Below, in pieces: positions 49,036 to 59,587 of a stretch of DNA of 59,587 nt. The translations under genes were made by a program, and so were the position numbers. Origin of the DNA: Macrostomum lignano (taxonomy: Eukaryota); assembly GCA_002269645.1 (NCBI GenBank), contig NIVC01003623.1, positions 1 to 59,587 on the forward strand, read 5' to 3'. Below the pieces are notes generated by a model. It saw only the letters and a list, made by a program, of their open reading frames with translations, did not search any database and had not been told where the DNA came from. Each line of letters opens with the position of its first letter. Positions within the stretch are counted from its first letter, which is position 1.

Positions 49036-49584
49036 CTTCTACCTTCTGTTCAGAGTTTTCACTCTCATTCCCCTGTCCATTCGCTATTAAGTACCTTTAA
49101 CTGTTGTTTTCCGAGCCCTGGCTCTTCCCTAACCACACGGAGGTCCTTAGTAATTCAAAGGGATTCAAGGGATGAAGCGAGAATGAATAAAGAACTGGAA
49201 GCTGCAGAGAAGAGCGGCAGCAGTTTTTAAAAGTTCAAGCAGCCAAAAGAAGCCGGATTGCCAGCTACTGTGGCTGGCTGGCAGCTAAAAATAGCCCGGC
49301 TCCTCTGAGCCTGCGTGTCCCCAGAAACTTGCCCTCGGCGTCTGAGGTCAAGAGCGGCCTGGGTGAAGAGGGGAAGGCGAGCGGCCTGGCCGGCATTTCT
49401 GCAGTCGACATTTCGCCTCTTCTATTTACTGCCCTACTTGCCGACCGCCACACGGCCTTCGAACAAGGACCACTAGGAACACTTCGTTATAGTCTAGTAG
49501 TCCTTGACTTCGAAATGCATAAGACCTGCTTGTTGGGATCTCTCACTCCGGTTGAATATCGTTTTGTTTGTTAGTAAACAGAAA

Positions 49585-52500
49585 CCCACTCCTCACCGAC
49601 ACCCACTCCTCACTGACACCCACTCCTCACTGACACCCACTCCTCACTGACACCCACTCCTCACCCACTCCTCACTGACACCCATTCCTCACTGACACCC
49701 ACTCCTCACTGACACCCACTCCTCACTGACACCCATTCCTCACTGACACCCACTCCTCACTGACACCCACTCCTCACTGACACCCACTCCTCACTGACAC
49801 CCACTCCTCACTGACACCCACTCCTCACCCACTCCTCACTGACACCCACTCCTCACCCACTCCTCACTGACACCCACTCCTCACTGACACCCACTCCTCA
49901 CTGACACCCAATCCTCACTGACACCCACTCCTCACTGACACCCAATCCTCACTGACACCCACTCCTCACTGACACCCATTCCTCACTGACACCCACTCCT
50001 CACTGACACCCACTCCTCACTGACACCCACTCCTCACTGACACCCACTCCTCACTGACACCCATTCCTCACTGACACCCACTCCTCACTGACACCCACTC
50101 CTCACTGACACCCACTCCTCACTGACACCCACTCCTCACCCACTCCTCACTGACACCCACTCCTCACCCACTCCTCACTGACACCCACTCCTCACTGACA
50201 CCCACTCCTCACTGACACCCAATCCTCACTGACACCCACTCCTCACCCACTCCTCACTGACACCCACTCCTCACCCACTCCTCACTGACACCCACTCCTC
50301 ACTGACACCCACTCCTCACCGACACCCACTCCTCACTGACACCCACTCCTCACTGACACCCACTCCTCACTGACACCCAATCCTCACCCACTCCTCACTG
50401 ACACCCATTTCTCACTGACACCCACTCCTCACTGACACCCACTCCTCACTGACACCCACTCCTCACTGACACCCACTCCTCACTGACACCCACTCCTCAC
50501 CCACTCCTCACTGACACCCACTCCTCACCCACTCCTCACTGACACCCACTCCTCACTGACACCCACTCCTCACCCACTCCTCACTGACACCCACTCCTCA
50601 CTGACACCCACTCCTCACTGACACCCACTCCTCACTGACACCCATTCCTCACTGACACCCACTCCTCACTGACACCCACTCCTCACTGACACCCACTCCT
50701 CACTGACACCCACTCCTCACCCACTCCTCACCGACACCCACTCCTCACTGACACCCACTCCTCACTGACACCCAATCCTCACCCACTCCTCACTGACACC
50801 CATTTCTCACTGACACCCACTCCTCACTGACACCCACTCCTCACTGACACCCACTCCTCACTGACACCCACTCCTCACCCACTCCTCACTGACACCCACT
50901 CCTCACCCACTCCTCACTGACACCCACTCCTCACCGACACCCATTCCTCACCCACTCCTCACTGACACCCACTCCTCACTGACACCCACTCCTCACTGAC
51001 ACCCACTCCTCACTGACACCCACTCCTCACCCACTCCTCACTGACACCCACTCCTCACTGACACCCACTCCTCACTGACACCCACTCCTCACCCACTCCT
51101 CACCGACACCCACTCCTCACTGACACCCACTCCTCACTGACACCCACTCCTCACCCACTCCTCACTGACACCCACTCCTCACTGACACCCACTCCTCACT
51201 GACACCCACTCCTCACTGACACCCACTCCTCACCCACTCCTCACCGACACCCACTCCTCACCGACACCCACTCCTCACTGACACCCACTCCTCACTGACA
51301 CCCACTCCTCACTGACACCCACTCCTTACTGACACCCACTCCTCACTGACACCCACTCCTCACTGACACCCACTCCTCACTGACACCCACTCCTCACTGA
51401 CACCCACTCCTTACTGACACCCACTCCTCACTGACACCCACTCCTCACTGACACCCACTCCTCACTGACACCCACTCCTCACCGACACCCACTCCTCACT
51501 GACACCCACTCCTCACTGACACCCACTCCTCTCCCACTCCTCACCGACACCCACTCCTCACCGACACCCACTCCTCACCGACACCCACTCCTCACTGACA
51601 CCCACTCCTCACTGACACCCACTCCTCACTGACACCCACTCCTCACCCACTCCTCACTGACACCCACTCCTCACTGACACCCACTCCTCACTGACACCCA
51701 CTCCTCACCCACTCCTCACCGACACCCACTCCTCACTGACACCCACTCCTCACTGACACCCACTCCTCACTGACACCCACTCCTCACTGACACTCACTCC
51801 TCACCCACTCCTCACTGACACCCACTCCTCACTGACACCCACTCCTCACTGACACCCACTCCTCACCGACACCCACTCCTCACTGACACCCACTCCTCAC
51901 TGACACCCACTCCTCACCCACTCCTCACTGACACCCACTCTTCACTGACACTCACTCCTCACCCACTCCTCACTGACACCCACTCCTCACTGACACCCAC
52001 TCCTCACTGACACCCACTCCTCACCGACACCCACTCCTCACTGACACCCACTCCTCACCGACACCCACTCCTCACCCACTCCTCACTGACACCCACTCCT
52101 CACTGACACCCACTCCTCACTGACACCCACTCCTCACTGACACCCACTCCTCACCGACACCCACTCCTCACTGACACCCACTCCTCACCGACACCCACTC
52201 CTCACCCACTCCTCACTGACACCCACTCCTCACTGACACCCACTCCTCACTGACACCCACTCCTCACTGACACCCACTCCTCACTGACACCCACTCCTCA
52301 CCGACACCCACTCCTCACCCACTCCTCACCGACACCCACTCCTCACTGACACCCACTCCTCACCGACACCCACTCCTCACCCACTCCTCACTGACACCCA
52401 CTCCTCACTGACACCCACTCCTCACTGACACCCACTCCTCACTGACACCCACTCCTCACTGACACCCACTCCTCACCGACACCCACTCCTCACCCACTCC

Positions 52501-53638
52501 TCACTGACACCCACTCCTCACTGACACCCACTCCTCACTGACACCCACTCCTCACCCACTCCTCACTGACACCCACTCCTCACCCACTCCTCACTGACAC
52601 CCACTCCTCACCCACTCCTCACTGACACCCACTCCTCACCCACTCCTTACTGACACCCACTCCTCACTGACACCCACTCCTCACTGACACCCACTCCTCA
52701 CTGACACCCACTCCTCACTGACACCCACTCCTCACTGACACCCACTCCTCACTGACACCCACTCCTCACCCACTCCTCACTGACACCCACTCCTCACTGA
52801 CACCCACTCCTCACTGACACCCACTCCTCACTGACACCCACTCCTCACCCACTCCTCACCGACACCCACTCCTCACTGACACCCACTCCTCACTGACACC
52901 CACTCCTCACTGACACCCACTCCTCACTGACACCCACTCCTCACCCACTCCTCACTGACACCCACTCCTCACTGACACTCACTCCTCACCCACTCCTCAC
53001 TGACACCCACTCCTCACTGACACCCACTCCTCACTGACACCCACTCCTCACCGACACCCACTCCTCACTGACACCCACTCCTCACTGACACCCACTCCTC
53101 ACTGACACCCACTCCTCACTGACACCCACTCCTCACCGACACCCACTCCTCACTGACACCCACTCCTCACTGACACCCACTCCTCACCGACACCCACTCC
53201 TCACCCACTCCTCACTGACACCCACTCCTCACTGACACCCACTCCTCACTGACACCCACTCCTCACTGACACCCACTCCTCACCGACACCCACTCCTCAC
53301 CCACTCCTCACTGACACCCACTCCTCACTGACACCCACTCCTCACTGACACCCACTCCTCACTGACACCCACTCCTCACTGACACCCACTCCTCACCGAC
53401 ACCCACTCCTCACCCACTCCTCACCGACACCCACTCCTCACTGACACCCACTCCTCACTGACACCCACTCCTCACTGACACCCACTCCTCACTGACACCC
53501 ACTCCTCACTGACACCCACTCCTCACTGACACCCACTCCTCACCGACACCCACTCCTCACTGACACCCACTCCTCACCGACACCCACTCCTCACCCACTC
53601 CTCACCGACACCCACTCCTCACCGACACCCACTCCTCA
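49585..53638. repeat. 4-kb 17-bp minisatellite (CCCACTCCTCACTGACA) with interspersed 11-bp deletion units
   Basis: More than 230 units; the largest array in the window. Confidence 0.98.
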
Positions 53639-53977
53639 TTATCTTCCAGTTTGACATAGGGATAAAATTCTTGGAAGCAACGCAAGCCAACTAGGTTGCA
53701 ATAAAAAGTTACTTCGACGGCAAACATTTCGGTCTTAGGTGTCAATAAAATGGCCTCGGAAGTGCACACTGTAGGGAACTGGGGTGTTTAGCTGCTCTAG
53801 ATCCACCTTATCAACGTGAATATGCGTGTTTAACCTGGATCAACAAGGCCATCAAGGATGTGGAGGGGTGCATAGAGCAGGATGTGTATCGATTTGTGAC
53901 CTGGTAAAAAACTGAATATTTAGCGAATATTTTGGTGCAGGGGATTAAAAACGATTTGGAAGTTTTATCAATCAGCT

Positions 53978-54468
53978 GAGTCGGGATCACAGCAGACAGG
54001 AATCTGGAGAGAGTCGGGATCACAGCAGACAGGAATCTGGAGAGAGTCGGATCACTGCAGACAGGAATCTGGAGAGAGTCGGGATCACTGCAGACAGGAA
54101 TCTGGAGAGAGTCGGTATCACTGCAGACAGGAATCCGGAGAGAGTCGGGATCACTGCAGACAGGAATCTACAGAGAGTCGGGATCACTGCAGACAGGAAT
54201 CTGGAGAGAGTCGGGATCACAGCAGACAGGAATCTGGAGAGAGTCGGGATCACTGCAGACAGGAATCTGGAGAGAATCGGGATCACAGCAGACAGGAATC
54301 TACAGAGAGTCGGGATCACTGCAGACAGGAATCTGGAGAGAGTCGGGATCACTGCAGACAGGAATCTGGAGAGAGTCGGGATCACTGCAGACAGGAATCT
54401 GGAGAGAGTCGGGATCACTGCAGACAGGAATCTACAGAGAGTCGGTATCACTGCAGACAGAAATCTGG
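53978..54468. repeat. 33-bp minisatellite (GAGAGTCGGGATCACTGCAGACAGGAATCTGGA), about 15 units
   Basis: 11-aa periodic ORF. Confidence 0.96.
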
Positions 54469-55039
54469 AAAGAAAAATTCTGCCTTTGCTTTTAGAAGAG
54501 CATCAATTTTGCTTGAAGAACAGCAATACAATGTGGGATTTATTTATAGCTTAGCACTTCTCAGGCTCACGGCTCTCGCATAAGCCTGAAAACCCGAGCT
54601 GCTGAGCGAAGATCGATACTGTTCCCAACAATCTGCGATTTTCAGCCTGGCGCAGCAACTAGCCGCGATGAAGCAAGGAGGAGGCTGCAAATAGTTCGTG
54701 AGAGCCGCGGCAGCTGGCGGCTGGGATGCCAAAATAATTCCATAAGCGCGGAAAGTTAAATATGCGAGAGATATTCGGAGATGAAGGTGGACAGTTTTGA
54801 GCTGAGAATGAACCGATCCCCTCGGCTAAGGAGTGACTGGCAGCCAACTAAATTAACTTTCTTGTTAATACTTTTTGGCCAGTATGGAAATTAAATATAT
54901 CTGAAGTCTGAATCAGTGGTCACTGCTGTGGCTGTAACTTCCCTTTAAATTCCCCGATAACCTTTCCCGTTTCTTCGTCACAATGTTCTCGAATCCCCTA
55001 TTTCCCAAGTTTTCAGTTTTCAAAGTTCTCAGTTCCTAA

Positions 55040-56472
55040 ATTCCCAATCTCCCAATCTCCGATTTCCCAATTACCAATCGCGCAATTCCCAATCTCCCTA
55101 CTCCCATTCTCCTAATTCCCAATTCCCCAATTCCCAATCTCACAATCTCCCAATCTCCCAATTTCCCAATTCCCAATCTCCCAATTCCCAATCTCCAATT
55201 CCCAATCTCCCAATTCCCAATCTCCCAATTCCCAATCTCCAATTCACAATCTCCCAATTCCCAATCTCCCAATTCCCTATCTCCCAATTCCCAATCTCCC
55301 AGTTCCCAATCTCCAATTCCAATCTCCCAATTCCCAATCTCCCAATTCACAATCTCCCAATTCCCAATCTCCCAGTTCCCAATCTCCCAATTCCCAATCT
55401 CCCAATTCCCAATCTCCCAATTCCCAATCTCCCAATTTCCAATCTCCCAATTCCCAATCTCCCAATTCTCAATCTCCCAATTCCCAATCTCCCAATTCCC
55501 AATCTCCCAATTCCCAATCTCCCAATTCCCAATCTCCCAATTCCAATCTCCAATTCCCAATCTCCCAATTCCCAATCTCCCAATTCCCAATCTCCAATTC
55601 CCAATCTCCCAATTCCCAATCTCCCAATTCCCAATCTCCCAATTCACAATCTCCCAATTCCCAATCTCCCAATTCCCTATCTCCCAATTCCCAATCTCCC
55701 AGTTCCCAATCTCCCAATTCCCAATCTCCCAATTCCCAATCTCCCAATTCACAATCTCCCAATTCCCAATCTCCCAGTTCCCAATCTCCCAATTCCCAAT
55801 CTCCCAATTCCCAATCTCCCAATTCCCAATCTCCCAATTCCCAATCTCCCAATTTCCAATCTCCCAATTCCCAATCTCCCAATTCTCAATCTCCCAATTC
55901 CCAATCTCCCAATTCCCAATCTCCCAATTCCAATCTCCCAATTCCCAATCTCCCAATTCCCAATCTCCCAATTCCCAATCTCCCAATTCCCAATCTCCCA
56001 ATTCCCAATCTCCCAATTCCCAATCTCCCAATTCCCAATCTCCCAATTCCAATCTCCCAATTTCCAATCTCCCAATTCCCAATCTCCCAATTCCCAATCT
56101 CCCAATTCCCAATCTCCCAATTCCCAATCTCCCAATTTCCAATCTCCCAATTCCCAATCTCCCAATTTCCAATCTCCCAATTTCCAATCTCCCAATTTCC
56201 AATCTCCCAATTCCCAATCTCCCAATTCCCAATCTCCCAATTTCCAATCTCCCAATTTCCAATCTCCCAATTTCCAATCTCCCAATTTCCAATCTCCCAA
56301 TTTCCAATCTCCCAATTCCCAATCTCCCAATTCTCCCAATTCCCAATTCCCTATCTCCCAATTCCCTATCTCCCAATTCCCAATCTCCCAATTCCCAATC
56401 TCCCAATTCTCCCAATTCCAATTCCCTATCTCCCAATTCCCTATCTCCCAATTCCCAATCTCCCAATCTCCC
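55040..56472. repeat. 15-bp minisatellite (ATTCCCAATCTCCCA), about 95 units
   Basis: 5-aa periodic ORFs (LGDWE/NWEIG). Confidence 0.97.
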
Positions 56473-56949
56473 AAGAAACAGCTCACTCTGATGAAAGGCA
56501 AATGTCTGGCGCATAAGTTTGCTAAATTTTCTGCTTTACAATTCACCTCTTTCCACTTTCAACAGAAACTAGTCCAAAAAGACAGCCTGGATAAAATGCA
56601 TATTTTAAAGCATGTTGGCTCTGCCAGACTGCATTGCAAAAAGTAACAACTTTGGAACCAATGCGTCAGGCGCGCTGCACTTGCAGACGGGAAAATATCG
56701 GGTGAGGGTGAGGGCTCGCGATCCATTGAGGAGACGAAAAATTGAGCAGAAATTATTGACGACTTTGGTAAGCTCATGAAAGTCGTAAAAACTATTACTA
56801 TTTCTCTTATTGGTTTATACATTTAGCTCTAACAGACTGACTTCTCGCTGCAACCCTTGACCATGAGGAGTCTTTCTTGGGAATTGCGGTTTTCGGGTTT
56901 TAGGGATCTCAAAGATTGTGATATTGTAGATCAAACGATCTATATTGTG

Positions 56950-56950
56950 T

Positions 56951-57035
<85 letters not shown>
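56950..57035. repeat. (GATA)n microsatellite, about 21 units
   Basis: Seen directly. Confidence 0.98.
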
Positions 57036-57036
<1 letters not shown>

Positions 57037-57039
57037 CCC

Positions 57040-57500
57040 CAGCTTTGGCACCCCATCTACAGTAGCTTTGGCACCCCATCTACAGTAGCTTTGGCACCCC
57101 ATCTACAGTAGCTTTGGCACCCCATCTACAGTAGCTTTGGCGCCCCATCTACAGTAGCTTTGGCGCCCCATCTACAGTAGCTTTGGCGCCCCATCTACAG
57201 TAGCTTTGGCACCCCATCTACAGTAGCTTTGGCACCCCATCTACAGTAGCTTTGGCACCCCATCTACAGTAGCTTTGGCACCCCATCTACAGTAGCTTTG
57301 GCGCCCCATCTACAGTAGCTTTGGCACCCCATCTACAGTAGCTTTGGCACCCCATCTACAGTAGCTTTGGCACCCCATCTACAGTAGCTTTGGCACCCCA
57401 TCTACAGTAGCTTTGGCACCCCATCTACAGTAGCTTTGGCGCCCCATCTACAGTAGCTTTGGCACCCCATCTACAGTAGCTTTGGCGCCCCATCTACAGC
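57040..57500. repeat. 23-bp minisatellite (AGCTTTGGCACCCCATCTACAGT), about 20 units
   Basis: Seen directly. Confidence 0.97.
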
Positions 57501-57553
57501 AGCATTCATAGCGTCTCTCACACAAAATGCGACGGCCATCTCAACTCTCCCAG

Positions 57554-59148
57554 GTCGGAGGCCTGGCGCGCGGTGCTGCGAACGGCGCGCCAGCTCACAG
57601 ACCGGGGCGCGGCGCCGCCGCGAGTCGGGCTGACCGGGCCGGGCATCGAGCGCAGCGGCACAGGCAGTCGGCTTTACTGCCAGGTGCAGCGAATTATGCT
57701 GCAACCGAAGCCGGACCGGCCGGCCACCTCCGGACTGCAGGGCATCGGCTCCGGCCTCGCCTGCCGCCTGCCAGACAGCGGCCGCTGTCTCCAGCTGGTT
57801 GCTATGCACTCCGAGCGGCGCGATGTGCGCGAACGATGGAAGAGCGAGTCGGACAGGGTCAGAGCCAGCCGCCTGCTCACCCGGGTACTCGTTGAGGACA
57901 GCGGGAGAGCTATGAGGTGAGTTGGCATACATGCGCAACTGCTGGCCGATCTGGCCACCGTAAATTGTGGTGGACCAGGGGTAAGTCGCAAAAATGCCCA
58001 CCCCAAAGAATACAGACGTAGTACTAATTAGATGACGAGGCATTTAGCCCTTATAAGAAAGTTATATACTCCTTCCGTTTACCCAAAATTGCGTTTATGT
58101 TGCTCTAGGGTTTCTTTCACAGATAAGTCGCATTTTTGGTCAAAAAGTAAGTCGCATGGCCAGTGTAAATCAGGGGGGTTGCGCATGTATGAGTTGGTGT
58201 CAAGTTTAACGGTAGTTACATTTACGCTCGTACCCAATTGCTTGTTTGTTGCCAAGATAAAATCCAAATGCCAGAGACAGGACAAAGCCAAGAGTTCTAC
58301 ATGTACGCTCGTACATTATCTTGAGAATTGGTGTCGTTAGCAATTATATTGGCGCCGCAGGCAGGCGCTTATTTTGGCGCCAATTAAAGACGCAAAATTT
58401 TGGCGCCCTAAAGCATAACTATATTGATTTCCACAACGAGTCACAGAAGGTGGGGTGTGGGGGAAAGTATTGGCATGTCCCCCAATAGCTATAACTGGGG
58501 GAGGACATGATATGCCCCCTTTCCTCCCCCGGTGGTGACGCATGAAAAATGAGAAAGATATACTGCCGAGATTAGAAACATTTTCATTTTTCTTGAATTA
58601 AAAGCAGATCAAATGTGTTAATCTTTTAGGTCACTATAAATATCAATTGATAGGCTTTTGAAATAATGAATGACAGATATATGTACTTAAAATAGTTCCT
58701 GTATTCTTCAGATGAAAATGAAAATCAAATTTATGGACAAAGATACAATAAACTATGTTTCTAAGAAAGCCTAGACACTGACTGATTCCGCCTCAAAACC
58801 CGGCCATAAAACTTTGCCAGGCGATCCCGGCTGTCTCCAGGCTGCAGCTCCAGGGCCTGGTTTACGTGGTCGACACGGGCGCCCCGGCCTCCGAGGTGTC
58901 CGCCTGTCAGCCGAGCTAGACGCTTTTGTCCGGGCGATGCCGGCCGGCCGGCCAGTCCTGGTACTGACGGTGTCCGGCGGCCAGCAGCCTCAGCTGCCTT
59001 GTCGCCAGGTGGTCGACTGCCTGCGACTGGCTGACAGCACCGGGTCGATGGCGGGCGGCCGTGGCTGGCCCAGAGCTGCAGGGCGGACCAGCTGGACAGC
59101 CTGTTGACCGACTGTCTGGACTGGCTGATGGACGCGGTGGCAGCTTAG
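57554..59148 (+). CDS. FBXO4: F-box only protein 4-like, C-terminal exons join(57554..57916,58821..59148); three -1 frameshifts in this sequence
   Basis: VGLTGPGIE...LQGIGSGL, GLVYVVD, GRPVLVL...LPC and RPWLAQ...LDWLMD parallel FBXO4 (FAMFGPGLE, IDGIGSGV, GFIYVAN, GRPLLVL...MPC, HPWLVQ...IEWIL). Splice sites: ctcccAG at 57553, GTGAGT at 57917, tttgccAG at 58820. One base is missing at about 57905, 58908 and 59055. The F-box exon was not confidently found. Confidence 0.75.
57926..58191. mobile_element. 266-bp MITE, perfect 13-bp TIR CATACATGCGCAA, flanked by a 6-bp direct repeat AGTTGG
   Basis: TIRs at 57926-57938 and 58179-58191; AGTTGG at 57920-57925 and 58192-58197; homologous to 38153-38439. 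Confidence 0.85.
58345..58544 (-). mobile_element. Terminal fragment of the hAT MITE family seen at 34527
   Basis: Its reverse complement (GCGTCACCACCGGGGGAGG...GGGGGACATGCCAATACTTTCCCCCACACCCCACC) matches 34533-34625. Confidence 0.75.
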
Positions 59149-59587
59149 TTGATTATTTTGTTTCAAATAACCCAGGATGAATGAATAGAATTGCTTGCTG
59201 CGGGGGACAGGCAGCTGAGGCAAACGCGTCTGACTCGTGTGCACGGAAATTGTTGGCCGGTTCAAACTTACGAGGGCCAACCGCCAAGGCAGGAGTGTAC
59301 ATCCATGTCTGATTGACGGGATTAGAAACTCAGCTGCTGTACACCCTGAGCGTGAGTGCTCGCAGGAGTACAGTTGTACGTGCTCAGGAGTATGTACGGG
59401 TATAAATGCCAATTGAAGCCGCAGTATACTTTGACCGCTGACCTCTGCAGTCTAGCGATCCTCTAAAATTCATACTTTCACCTGTCTTCAGTCATATTAC
59501 ATCATCAGTTATAGCCATAGACAGACATAAAGTTGGTCAAGAACTTTAGAATTAGATTTATAAGATTTAATAATTAGAGCTATTACC

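Overview
Eukaryotic (metazoan) genomic DNA: short GC-rich exons in introns filled with tandem repeats. This style suggests a Macrostomum-type flatworm, which is an inference. No prokaryotic features, CRISPR arrays, rRNA or tRNA genes were recognised. Host genes reconstructed by hand from splice sites and reading phase: (1) last two exons of a TRH-receptor-like class A GPCR (+, 7512-9255); (2) a complete 16-exon Ca2+/calmodulin-dependent phosphodiesterase PDE1 (-, 24352-12859, 648 aa) with an MGSCIS N-terminus; (3) a complete 5-exon TLCD3/FAM57-like TLC-domain gene (-, 40334-33267, 272 aa); (4) an SBK1-like Ser/Thr kinase with an intronless CDS (+, 46635-47786); (5) the last two exons of an FBXO4-like gene (+, 57554-59148) with three single-base frameshifts. 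Mobile DNA: a hAT transposase (-, 7119-4201) with all catalytic motifs, about 20 in-frame octapeptide repeats and about six frameshifts; a 609-bp hAT MITE with an 8-bp TSD; a CATACATGCGCAA-TIR MITE family; three RTE-like LINE fragments; and foldback elements. About 30 different tandem arrays cover a large part of the window. I did not find a clear-cut new biological system. The best leads are an antisense copy of a PDE1 catalytic exon just downstream of the gene, intron-specific minisatellites built from splice-site look-alikes, a candidate frame-preserving GC-donor cassette exon in the PDE1 catalytic domain, and a possibly lipid-anchored PDE1. Family assignments come from motif recall, not database searches. 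Repeat boundaries are approximate.
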